Shown here: positions 1 through 7,737 of the stretch, piece after piece
Position numbering within the stretch: position 1 is the first letter of the stretch
How the letters are laid out: each line of letters begins with the position of its first letter
From: Promethearchaeota archaeon
Lineage (GTDB): Archaea; Asgardarchaeota; Lokiarchaeia; Sigyniarchaeales; Promethearchaeaceae
DNA length: 32,000 nucleotides
Direction: 5' to 3'
Assembly (NCBI GenBank): GCA_016933055.1
Contig: JAFGBS010000011.1
Coordinates: 1 to 32,000 of the forward strand
Position numbers and translations under genes: made by a program
The notes under the pieces: generated by a model
Told to the model about the DNA's origin: nothing
The model's database searches: none
The model's input: only the letters and a program-made list of their open reading frames with translations

Positions 1-60
1 CCACCCATAGGAAAACTATGAAAAAATATATCCAATATTGACATATTAATCAAAAACGCG
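1..60. repeat. Direct repeat, 59/60 identical to 5164-5223 (3' end of a PIN gene plus downstream DNA); probably extends left of the window
   Basis: ccacccataggaaaactatg...caaaaacgcg; one mismatch by direct comparison. The TAG at 8-10 corresponds to the stop of the PIN tail at 5171-5173. Confidence 0.95.
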
Positions 61-70
61 TGAAACATCA

Positions 71-298
71 ATGAAACACAAAGAAGAGAAAAGCCTTCTC
101 CAATTACTAAAAGAATACGAAAAGGGAAAAATCGGATCAGCAAAAATATTAAAAATAACATGTATTAGTTCTGACGAATTGCTGGAGAAAATTGTAGAAT
201 TGGATATTGAATGTCCTATTACTCCAGAAATAGATGATTATACGACCTTGCTAACCGAGGAATTAATCAACAAAACGAAATTAGCAGCAAAAAAGTAA
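71..298 (+). CDS. RHH-less paralog of the UPF0175-like antitoxin 7738-8070 (C-terminal half only, own ATG)
   Basis: LLKEYEKGKIG...IECPITPEIDDYTT.LTE.LINKTKL.AKK aligns with the C-half of 7738-8070. Confidence 0.65.
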   Translation: MKHKEEKSLLQLLKEYEKGKIGSAKILKITCISSDELLEKIVELDIECPITPEIDDYTTLLTEELINKTKLAAKK

Positions 299-522
299 AT
301 ATGAAATAAATCTTTCGGGTATATCGTAAAGATTTTACATTTTTCACGGTACACCGTAAACCTTAAAGTAAATCTTTCGGTTAGGGATCCCAACGTAGAT
401 CTCCCGAAATTAGTTGAATTCATTAAATCACATGTTTTAGAAGATTCTAAATGCCAATTCCAGTATCGAAAATAACCATCTATACGGGTTTTTTAGAGAT
501 AAATTCCAATTTAATGATTCAA

Positions 523-565
523 TATAGCAAATACTAATATGCTATAGAATACTATAATATTCTAT
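523..565. promoter_or_regulatory. Two inverted repeats upstream of the antitoxin; candidate operators
   Basis: TATAGCA(523-529)/TGCTATA(540-546) and ATAGAATA(544-551)/TATTCTAT(558-565), the latter overlapping the ATG. Confidence 0.45.
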
Positions 566-782
566 GAGTAAAACCACTATTCAAGTAGATAAAGCAATCA
601 AGGACCAGCTTGAAGACTTGAAGATACATCCCCGAGAGCCCTATTCTGATGTAATATCACGATTATTACAACTATGTGTGGATTCCAAAGAAGAATATTT
701 AAAGTTGGTTTATAGAATCCAGGAACAAAAAATGAAAGAACTCTGGGATAATGAAGAGGATTCCGTGTGGGATTCTTTATAA
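564..782 (+). CDS. Antitoxin, RHH-like N-terminus with acidic W-x-x-E-E-D-x-x-W tail (MazE-equivalent)
   Basis: KTTIQV beta strand, YSDVISRLL helix, WDNEEDSVWDSL tail; directly upstream of a MazF-like gene. Confidence 0.85.
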   Translation: MSKTTIQVDKAIKDQLEDLKIHPREPYSDVISRLLQLCVDSKEEYLKLVYRIQEQKMKELWDNEEDSVWDSL

Positions 783-802
783 AATACGGAGAAGGATATG
801 AA

Positions 803-1135
803 TTGGGAGAGAGAGAAACTTTAAGATACAATTTTGGTGATGTCATCCTCGCAGAAATAACATTCGTTGAGAGGACTGAATCTAAAAAGCGACCTGCAGT
901 AGTTCTTTTTGAAGATCTCGGGAATGTGGTAGTTGCAGGAATAACAAGCAACTTGAAAATGCAAGGAATTTCGGTATCTCGAGATGAAGGGGCGATGAGA
1001 GAAAGTGTAATTAAAACGAATTATATCTTTACTATTGACCCAAGTATAATTGTACGGAAATTATTTTCACTTACTGAAGAAAAACGAGAAATATTATGCA
1101 CCGAATTGAAAGGAAAAATCTGTGGATATTCATAA
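803..1135 (+). CDS. mazF: PemK/MazF-family endoribonuclease toxin (ORF open from GTG 767; TTG 803 preferred)
   Basis: GDVILAEITF...KKRPAVVL...VVVAGITSN...SVIK...IFTID...I.RKL.SL motif pattern. Confidence 0.9.
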   Translation: MGERETLRYNFGDVILAEITFVERTESKKRPAVVLFEDLGNVVVAGITSNLKMQGISVSRDEGAMRESVIKTNYIFTIDPSIIVRKLFSLTEEKREILCTELKGKICGYS

Positions 1136-1299
1136 CGAGCTTTTTACTATCGCCGGAATGATTTCATCTATGTGCATTGTTACTAATTCGTTTAAATTTA
1201 ATTTCCGTTGAGTATGGTTTAAAACTTCAATAACTACAACCTTTTAACCTTTGGAATAATCGACTAAGATTCCGGAAGAGACCTAGTCTGATTCAGCAA
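1130..1299 (-). pseudogene. DUF2283-family remnant, C-terminal half, two stops and a frameshift
   Basis: FAESD*VSSGILVDYSKG*KVVVIEVLN; 1246-1299 matches 8103-8156 at 50/54 nt. Confidence 0.75.
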
Positions 1300-1307
1300 A
1301 CCTGCCA

Positions 1308-1442
1308 AAGGTAACTATTTATGATATGATGGAGCACTGCAAAAGAGAGCAAATTCGTCCTGTTGATCCAGATTCAACTGAACTGACGAGGGATAGGATA
1401 AATGCGGAAGAAATCTTTCGTAAATTGAAGGAGGAGAAATAA
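1308..1442 (+). pseudogene. C-terminal fragment of a UPF0175-like antitoxin
   Basis: KVTIYDMMEHCKREQIRP resembles EVTLYKMMEYIQREKIRP of 3228-3554; no N-terminus. Confidence 0.7.
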
Positions 1443-1461
1443 TATCTAGAAAAAGTTACGT

Positions 1462-1650
1462 ATGAAAAAAAGTCCGGAATCTTATCGGAATACTATTTTA
1501 TCACTGCAAGAAACAGCTATGTCAGCGAAAGTATCAATCTATTAGATGATGGAATTTATTGAAAGGCATAAAATTTATCCAAAGGAACTTTCAGATCAAG
1601 AGATGGAAGAACATTTTGAATATACTAAAAAAATACTAAAGAAAGATTGA
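1462..1650 (+). pseudogene. Second UPF0175-like antitoxin remnant with internal TAG (1543-1545)
   Basis: MKKSPESYRNTILSLQETAMSAKVSIY*MMEFIERHKI vs MKESARLYQKGIVSLQEAATSAEVTLYKMMEYIQREKI. Confidence 0.75.
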
Positions 1651-1826
1651 TGGAGTATCTTCTATGGCGAGATGTCCCTCCAAAATCAATAAAAAAGGTA
1701 TGTTACAATTTTTGCATCTATAAAAAGTGCAAAAAATATTATCTTAAAATGCTATGAACGCATCCTTGCTGGTTATTTTTTGTAGATAATATGTTGGATT
1801 TATATAGCTGTTTGCACTAGATAAAT

Positions 1827-2630
1827 ATGGAAGTACAATCCAATAGAGAAAAACGAGAAATGACGATTCTAAACGTGTACATGAGTGAAAAGGAGAAAAA
1901 GGAATTACAATCTATTACCAAATCTACAAATACCAAGTCTATGAGTGATTTGGTTAAAAATCTCATACGAGACAAGGTAAAAGTCGAGGAAATTGATCGG
2001 GAAAAACAATCACACGATATTGAAATACCTGATTATATACCCGATGAAAAATATGTGGTTTTTTCCAACAATGCCATAGTGTGTATTGGAGATACTGTGA
2101 ATGAAGTTACTCAAAAAGCAGTAGATAAAGGAATTCCTCCTCCTTATGTAATTAAGTATAAAGGAACGAAAATGAAGAAACAACCCGAATTTGTATTCAT
2201 GAGTTTAATCGAGGGATTTGCATCTCAATACACCATAATCAACAATACATCTTACCCATTAGTGCGAGTCCAACTTCGAATTGGACAGACAGAGTTGAAT
2301 CGGATTGCTATACTAGATACAGGAGCTTCGATATGCGTTTTAAATCAGAAAAATCTCCCCGAAGAAGTTCAGAAAGACTTAGAGGAGAGTATCTCAAAAA
2401 ATTCTAATGTAAAAGAAGTCGAAGTCCATACAGCGAGTGGAATCATGAAAAGTTCCGTTTATTCAGGGGAGATAACTATTTTAGATAATACTTTTGGAGT
2501 CAATTTTATCTTAAGCACGCTTAAAGACGAATTACCATTTAATTTTTTATTGGGAAGAAATATTTTGGACTCTTTAGATTCGTCTTTCTTTGGAAAGAAG
2601 CAAATTTTCTTGCTAAAAACGGCAGATTGA
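1827..2630 (+). CDS. RHH + DUF5678-like + retropepsin-like (clan AA) aspartic protease fusion
   Basis: N-term TILNVYM...SMSDLVKNLI (RHH-like); KYVVFSNNAIVCIGDTVNEVTQKAVDKG (DUF5678-like); LDTGAS (D164) and LLGRNIL protease motifs; TTTATATA at 1799-1806. Confidence 0.8.
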   Translation: MEVQSNREKREMTILNVYMSEKEKKELQSITKSTNTKSMSDLVKNLIRDKVKVEEIDREKQSHDIEIPDYIPDEKYVVFSNNAIVCIGDTVNEVTQKAVDKGIPPPYVIKYKGTKMKKQPEFVFMSLIEGFASQYTIINNTSYPLVRVQLRIGQTELNRIAILDTGASICVLNQKNLPEEVQKDLEESISKNSNVKEVEVHTASGIMKSSVYSGEITILDNTFGVNFILSTLKDELPFNFLLGRNILDSLDSSFFGKKQIFLLKTAD

Positions 2631-2654
2631 AACACTTCAAGGTGTAGAACCAAT

Positions 2655-2698
2655 AATGTATACAATCGATATGTTTAATATAATAAAATGTATACAAT
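2655..2698. promoter_or_regulatory. Two AATGTATACAAT boxes flanking a TATA-like element; probable autoregulatory operator
   Basis: Exact 12-mer at 2655-2666 and 2687-2698 (palindromic core TGTATACA), TTTAATAT at 2674-2681. Confidence 0.65.
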
Positions 2699-2704
2699 TA
2701 CATA

Positions 2705-3235
2705 ATGAAATACATTCTGGATGCAAACACCATACTTTATCTCACGAAACTAAATTTGCATGAATTTTTTCTTCAGCTACTAAAAAACAATGAAATTCGA
2801 ATTGATACGAGTGTCTATAAAGAAACTGTTGAGGATGGGATGAGATATAAATATCCTGATGGAATATTAATCAAAAATTGGCTGGAAAAATATCAAATAC
2901 CGATAATTCCAGTTGATATAAGTGAGATGATTCCACTTTATCGAGATCCAGGGGAAACTAGTTGCGCAATTTTAGTATCTAGAGATACAGAAGATAGTAT
3001 ATGTGTGACTTCTGATAACAAAACAATCGACAAATTCGAAAAAAATGCTATTCCATATACACAAATAGATACTTTCTTTTATGGAATGGTTTTAGAGGAA
3101 AAAATTAACTCAAAAACATTTTTCGATATACTGTACCAATTAGAATCAATATTTGCAATAAAATCTGAGCGTGTTTTATATTTTCACGAATTATTACAAA
3201 ATGAAAAACCTATACAAAATGATAACAATGAGTAA
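2705..3235 (+). CDS. PIN-domain toxin, DUF3368-like
   Basis: YILDAN, VYKETV, DPGETSCAIL, VTSDNK acidic motifs; overlaps the next gene. Confidence 0.85.
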   Translation: MKYILDANTILYLTKLNLHEFFLQLLKNNEIRIDTSVYKETVEDGMRYKYPDGILIKNWLEKYQIPIIPVDISEMIPLYRDPGETSCAILVSRDTEDSICVTSDNKTIDKFEKNAIPYTQIDTFFYGMVLEEKINSKTFFDILYQLESIFAIKSERVLYFHELLQNEKPIQNDNNE

Positions 3236-3554
3236 AACTATTAGTACGCGTTTATCTGATAAAGAAGTAGCGGAATTGGAAGAAATTGCTGCAAAAGAAA
3301 AGCTAGATCGGTCCGCACTTGTTAGAAGTTTCGTTCTACACCAACTTGAAGAATATAAAATGAAAGAAAGTGCGAGACTTTATCAAAAAGGAATAGTTAG
3401 CTTGCAAGAAGCTGCCACTTCCGCAGAAGTGACTCTATATAAAATGATGGAATATATTCAGCGAGAAAAAATTCGACCTCCCACACAATCAAGAGAAGAT
3501 TTTAAAGAGGAAATTGCGAAATCTCTTAAGTGGTTACTAAACAAAAAAATTTAG
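3228..3554 (+). CDS. RHH + UPF0175-like antitoxin, downstream of its toxin (ORF track starts at 3171)
   Basis: SKTISTRL, DRSALVR, LYQKGIVSLQEAA; ATG 3228 overlaps the PIN stop. Confidence 0.88.
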   Translation: MSKTISTRLSDKEVAELEEIAAKEKLDRSALVRSFVLHQLEEYKMKESARLYQKGIVSLQEAATSAEVTLYKMMEYIQREKIRPPTQSREDFKEEIAKSLKWLLNKKI

Positions 3555-3579
3555 AATAAAAACTTAGAAAATGATAAAA

Positions 3580-3693
3580 ATGCTTGACTTACCGGAAGAA
3601 AATAAGTCTACAAAGGAAATCAAATTGGAAAAACTACTTCCTGAACTATTAGATGAGTATCAACAAGGAAATAAAGGATTTAAAAAAATCTAA
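3580..3693 (+). pseudogene. Truncated RHH-less antitoxin-tail paralog (37 aa)
   Basis: MLDLPEENKSTKEIKLEKLLPELLDEYQQGNKGFKKI*; homologous to 9493-9710 and 7738-8070. Confidence 0.7.
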
Positions 3694-3729
3694 ACCTTTG
3701 AATGATGGTGTGGATGCAATAGATCTCTA

Positions 3730-3804
3730 ATGACGAATACTTATTATTCCAAAATGCTTAATTCTCTCAGAGAGATGCAATCTCCAATACTATTTCTTCC
3801 CTAG
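3730..3804 (+). pseudogene. N-terminal stub of the MNT nucleotidyltransferase gene seen at 8434
   Basis: 3732-3789 vs 8436-8493 ungapped 49/58 identical; MTNTYYSKMLNSLREMQSPIL vs MPNIYYSKKYNSFREMQSPIL. Confidence 0.7.
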
Positions 3805-4161
3805 GGTAATCCCTTTATCAAATGATACCCCCTTTTTCTGCAGCTCTTGCAGATAGGGGGTCAATTTCTTCCCAATTTCCCGAGAATAGGCAATAATCGA
3901 ATCATCCATATCAATATCGTCAATCAAATCAGGAAGCAGGTGATATATTTCCGTATGATGAATTCCGGTTATGTATGATATATTTTTGATCGAAATCTTT
4001 CCTTCTTTGTATAAATTGGCTAGATAAGGCATCATTTTCGTCTTCAGACCGTCCTGAAAAATTTCCTTGGAAATCGCTGATTTCGTTTTTTTCTCCATAT
4101 CTGCCATAAATTCAAGGAATTTATTGGTGATATCATCTATGCGAAAATTTACTTGACTCAT
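3790..4161 (-). CDS. RHH + UPF0175-like putative antitoxin, divergent pair 1
   Basis: MSQVNFRI, KSAISKE, LYKEGKISI...TGI; ungapped homolog of 7738-8070. Confidence 0.85.
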   Translation of the reverse strand: MSQVNFRIDDITNKFLEFMADMEKKTKSAISKEIFQDGLKTKMMPYLANLYKEGKISIKNISYITGIHHTEIYHLLPDLIDDIDMDDSIIAYSREIGKKLTPYLQELQKKGVSFDKGITLGKK

Positions 4162-4213
4162 ATCTAGCTATTGAAAGTAATCTTTTTATATATATTTTGC
4201 TAGAATGTCTATA
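4162..4213. promoter_or_regulatory. 52-bp bidirectional promoter with central TATA box
   Basis: TTTATATA at 4185-4192, about 26-27 nt from both ATGs (4161 and 4214); TCTAGC/GCTAGA inverted repeat at 4163-4168/4199-4204. Confidence 0.6.
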
Positions 4214-4717
4214 ATGTCCTCAATATCAAAACTAATAATTGACACAGGAACGTGGACAAAGTTGGATACTTTAGTAATTGATGGTGCAATTTCAAAGGAG
4301 TTCATCGAATTGCTTTACGAACAATTTGATATAATAATAACACCTGAGATTGAGATAGAGATAGAATACTACAATATATCTAGTTGGATTAAAAACCAAA
4401 CCTTTGTGATTCCTGTTAAATATATTGAGGCTAAGAAAAAGGCGGAGAGAGATGGATTTGATGAAGCAGATGCCAGTATTTTTGGAATCGATACTAGAGA
4501 TTGTATTATTTTATCAGAAGACAGACCACTAATAAAATATGGATCAATATCATTGATGAACTTTATGTATTTCGCTGAATTCTTACTATTATTATGTGAA
4601 TCCTCTCTTGTCTCCAAAAATAATTTATACGACCTAAATAAACACCTCTATTCTATTCGCAATATCGGTAAGAAGCTCTTTAAAGATATTAAACAGAAAA
4701 CTCACTTGATTACTTAA
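4214..4717 (+). CDS. PIN-domain protein, divergent pair 1 (ORF track starts at 4205)
   Basis: LIIDTGTW, ITPEIEIE, GFDEADAS, LSEDRPL; homolog of 7194-7685. Confidence 0.85.
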   Translation: MSSISKLIIDTGTWTKLDTLVIDGAISKEFIELLYEQFDIIITPEIEIEIEYYNISSWIKNQTFVIPVKYIEAKKKAERDGFDEADASIFGIDTRDCIILSEDRPLIKYGSISLMNFMYFAEFLLLLCESSLVSKNNLYDLNKHLYSIRNIGKKLFKDIKQKTHLIT

Positions 4718-4752
4718 TTATTCTATCAGAAACAATAAAAATTTCAAGCTCA

Positions 4753-4920
4753 CTAATCCAAATTACTTATCAAGCTCGCATCAGCTTCATCAAAACCAAG
4801 AGATTTAGAATCTTGATACATCCGATTTTTCAGTGTTGGAAGAATATGAGTTCTATTAATATCACATGATGTTAAACGAAAATGGTTGATTTCCTTAAGA
4901 ATTTCGTGTGTAATACACAC
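4753..4920 (-). pseudogene. Internal fragment of a PIN gene closely related to 7194-7685
   Basis: VCITHEILKEINHFRLTSCDINRTHILPTLKNRMYQDSKSLGFDEADASLISNLD*; no N-terminus. Confidence 0.9.
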
Positions 4921-4927
4921 AGTGATT

Positions 4928-5173
4928 GATTACACTACCAAAATAACTGAAGAATTACTAAACAAAATTCAGTTAATACCTGTCACTATGAATACTATTA
5001 TGAAATCAAAAGATTACATTACTGAACAAAACTTGTATGGGGTGGATGCTATTCACGCAGCGACAGCTGTAATCCATCAGTGTGATGAATTCCTCACTTT
5101 TGACGGTGATTTTAAGAATATCCACATTGGAATTCCAATTATTCATCCTGAAGAAAAAAAATTCCACCCATAG
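4928..5173 (+). pseudogene. Chimeric remnant: antitoxin tail (DYTTKITEELLNK) fused in frame to the C-half of a VapC like 19208-19657
   Basis: KIQLIPVTMNTIM...DAIHAATAVIHQCDEFLTFD.DF...IGIPIIHPE closely matches 19208-19657; first PIN acidic motifs absent. Confidence 0.85.
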
Positions 5174-5223
5174 GAAAACTATGAAAAAATATATCTAATA
5201 TTGACATATTAATCAAAAACGCG
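5164..5223. repeat. Second copy of the 60-bp direct repeat (see 1-60)
   Basis: 59/60 identity. Confidence 0.95.
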
Positions 5224-5224
5224 C

Positions 5225-5368
5225 AGTTACCTCAGATTTATTCACATGGAAAACGAGCTATCAGAGCTATTAGGTGTTAAAGTAGATTCAGTTACGAGAG
5301 ATTCTCTCCATCCTATGTTGCGAGAAACAATATTGAGAGAATTGAGGATTGTATATGATGAAATCTGA
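5225..5368 (+). pseudogene. C-terminal half of a minimal nucleotidyltransferase (MNT/MntA-type antitoxin)
   Basis: MENELSELLGVKVDSVTRDSLHPMLRETILRELRIVYDEI*; GS/DxD motif half missing. Confidence 0.8.
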
Positions 5369-5470
5369 CTGTTTTTACTTATCTCATCTTTAAAACTCAT
5401 TGTATAAAATCGATTATTACATTCTGGATATTGAGAATTAATTATTTTTATCCAACACAAAATATTAGAG
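5358..5470 (+). pseudogene. HEPN (DUF86/HepT-type) N-terminal remnant with stops
   Basis: MKSDCFYLSHL*NSLYKIDYYILDIEN*; homologous to 8609-8743; overlaps the MNT stop. Confidence 0.7.
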
Positions 5471-5583
5471 ATGATTAGCAATCATTAGATGTCTGTTTCC
5501 CTATTTTGATATGAAAAAATTTAAACTGCTATCCTTTTTCAAAGAAAGATACCATTATTAGTAGGAAATACTATATTTATTAT

Positions 5584-5826
5584 ATGACGACTCAATCATC
5601 CAAAATAAACAAAAAAGGAATGGTTACCATTCCCTATAAAATCCGAGAAAAATTTGACTTGCATGAAGGAACTGAAGTCGCGTTTGTTGTAGAAGAGGGT
5701 AGTATTGTGCTTGTACCTATACTTCCAATTGAGAAGCTTCGGAAATTTCTCCCAACTGCAGAAGAAATGATGAAAACTGCAGAAGAAAATCGAAAGTTGG
5801 AATTAAAATTGGAGCAGAGGGATTAA
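5584..5826 (+). CDS. vapB: AbrB/MazE/SpoVT-fold antitoxin
   Basis: KINKKGMVTIPYKIREKFDLHEGTEVAF...IVLVP. Confidence 0.93.
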   Translation: MTTQSSKINKKGMVTIPYKIREKFDLHEGTEVAFVVEEGSIVLVPILPIEKLRKFLPTAEEMMKTAEENRKLELKLEQRD

Positions 5827-6249
5827 ATGCAAAAAATCTGCCTGGATACGGGGATTCTTAATTTATATCTCGCTAATGAATCACCAAAAAAAATTAATGA
5901 GTTAATTTCTCGAGTAAAAAAAGGAGAATTACAATGTTACATAATTGAGTCGGTGTTAGTCGAACTTTACTTAAATATATGCAAGAGAGAAGGTATTGAA
6001 ATCGCCAGAATCACAACATTATCTTTTATCCGTGATTTTCCCCATATCCTTGTTAACTTAGATGAAGATCTGATCATCACTGCGGGAAAATTAAAATGCC
6101 AACACCAAGCCGATTTGTCTCACATTGATTGTATGAGTATTGCATTTTGTCTGAATACTGGTATAACCTTTCACACAACGGAAAAAAATCTCAAGAAAAT
6201 CCCACACAACACGCTTCAACGCTTAAAAGTAGTGAAATATGAATACTAA
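5827..6249 (+). CDS. vapC: VapC PIN toxin
   Basis: CLDTG, VLVEL, LSHIDCMSIA, HTTEKNL; abuts the antitoxin stop. Confidence 0.9.
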   Translation: MQKICLDTGILNLYLANESPKKINELISRVKKGELQCYIIESVLVELYLNICKREGIEIARITTLSFIRDFPHILVNLDEDLIITAGKLKCQHQADLSHIDCMSIAFCLNTGITFHTTEKNLKKIPHNTLQRLKVVKYEY

Positions 6250-6397
6250 TACACCGCAATCCATTATTCTTCCTCATTTCACTTAAAATGCAAAAATCTG
6301 CGTATACTTTCGTGAATTATTTAATCTTGGAACACAAATCTAATTACGAATATTACTCAAGTTTCTATCAATAAAGATCTTGCCAATTATATGTTAT

Positions 6398-6565
6398 TTA
6401 CTGATATGAATGGATTACTTCAATAATAGACTTATTCTCTCTTTTCGCAATTTCTGATATGATTCGTCGGGCTAGATGAACTTGTTGAAGAGCAGGATCA
6501 TTAGGAAATTCCTTTGTAACTTCTTCTTCCAATTTACTAATATCTTCTTTACTTAGATTTAACAT
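6398..6565 (-). CDS. 55-aa putative antitoxin partner of the upstream PIN gene (below the ORF-track cutoff)
   Basis: Hand translation MLNLSKEDISKLEEEVTKEFPNDPALQQVHLARRIISEIAKRENKSIIEVIHSYQ*; ATG 5 bp after the PIN stop. Confidence 0.75.
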   Translation of the reverse strand: MLNLSKEDISKLEEEVTKEFPNDPALQQVHLARRIISEIAKRENKSIIEVIHSYQ

Positions 6566-6570
6566 ATCTA

Positions 6571-7032
6571 TCAATCCAATAATTCTGCGGGTGTTATTAT
6601 GGAAATATCAGTTAGTTTACGAATTGTATTAACCATTTTTACTATATTTTTAGTTTTAATCTTAACTATATGTTTGAAATTCCAGCTAACCAAATAATCC
6701 ATATTATTTAATACTGCACACGCGATGTGAAGAGCGTCTTCTGCAAAATTTCCTGGAATTGCTCCATGGTCAACATAATCATTTGATAACTCTTGGTCTT
6801 CATTTCCTATTTTCAATACTGTAATTCCATTTGTCAATTCGATCATTTTATTCTTTAATTCAAGATTTGGAGTTAAATTCAATTCAGCAATTGTGATTTC
6901 AGAAATATAGAAACTAAAATCATGTTGCATCTTAAAAAATTCCAAGGTTAAGGTTTTTCGTTCGGGATTGCGTTCATCGAAATATGCAGAAATCACGGAA
7001 GTATCCAAATATACCTTTAGCTTGGATTTCAT
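6571..7032 (-). CDS. PIN-domain toxin (SWNFKHI subtype)
   Basis: VYLDTSV, ITIAEL, EDALHIACA, LVSWNFKHIV, IITPAEL. Confidence 0.93.
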   Translation of the reverse strand: MKSKLKVYLDTSVISAYFDERNPERKTLTLEFFKMQHDFSFYISEITIAELNLTPNLELKNKMIELTNGITVLKIGNEDQELSNDYVDHGAIPGNFAEDALHIACAVLNNMDYLVSWNFKHIVKIKTKNIVKMVNTIRKLTDISIITPAELLD

Positions 7033-7193
7033 ATATTCTTTGAAGTAAAATAACTACTAATCATTTGTGGTATAAAATATCTGATCATTTTTTCTGTTTC
7101 AACGAATTTAGATGTTCATCTGATTTAAGACAATCATTGTTTAACGATCTTTTCGTCAAATATGATGAGTTTTTGCTGATAAAGGATGACTTC

Positions 7194-7685
7194 CTAATTG
7201 TGTTGTAGCCATTTTTTCATATATTTTTCTTTTTTTTTCGATATATTCTTTAAATATCTCAATTCTTTGGTTATCGTGTAAAGATCGTTTTTTGTTAATA
7301 TATTCTGGGCGGTTAAAAATTGACATAGATCTATTAGTTGTATAATCTTTGCTCCATATCTAGTTCCTAGAGATAATAAAGGGCGATCTTCAGAAACACC
7401 AAGAAATTCTTTCGTTCTATCTAAATTACTTATCAAACTAGCATCAGCTTCATCAAATCCTAGAGATGTGGAATCTTGATACATTCGATTTATCTGTGTT
7501 GGAAGAATTTGGGTTCTAGCGATATCACATGATGATAATTGAAAATGGTTGATTTCCTTAAGTATTTCGTGAGTAATACATACATTGACAGAGTTATACA
7601 ACGAATCAAGAATTTTTAGTTTATTCTCAAGTATTCCAAGTTTTTTCCACGAAAATGTGTCGACAATTATAGATATTTTTTGCAT
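7194..7685 (-). CDS. PIN-domain protein, divergent pair 2
   Basis: IIVDTFSW, ITHEILKEI, GFDEADAS, VSEDRPL. Confidence 0.87.
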   Translation of the reverse strand: MQKISIIVDTFSWKKLGILENKLKILDSLYNSVNVCITHEILKEINHFQLSSCDIARTQILPTQINRMYQDSTSLGFDEADASLISNLDRTKEFLGVSEDRPLLSLGTRYGAKIIQLIDLCQFLTAQNILTKNDLYTITKELRYLKNISKKKEKYMKKWLQHN

Positions 7686-7737
7686 TATATTATTTCTACC
7701 CTTTACTTTATATAATCTTGAGTACTAAATATACTTA
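7686..7737. promoter_or_regulatory. 52-bp bidirectional promoter with a palindromic TATA box centred between two ATGs
   Basis: TTATATAA at 7708-7715; centre 26.5 nt from both 7685 and 7738. Confidence 0.65.

Noticed and set aside
238-951. Minus-strand ORFs 238-423 and 598-951; possible PIN start MVIFDTG near 480
   Set aside because: No family motifs; 598-951 shadows the antitoxin/MazF genes; the PIN-like start hits a stop after 10 codons.
1651-1740. TTTTTGCA/TGCAAAAA palindrome (1709-1735) and a FIDAKIVTYLF PIN-like peptide on the minus strand
   Set aside because: Low-complexity palindrome and a peptide too short to support a call.
4886-5173. 95-aa ORF as a functional VapC
   Set aside because: Its start comes from the antisense of a PIN remnant, and it lacks the N-terminal PIN acidic motifs.
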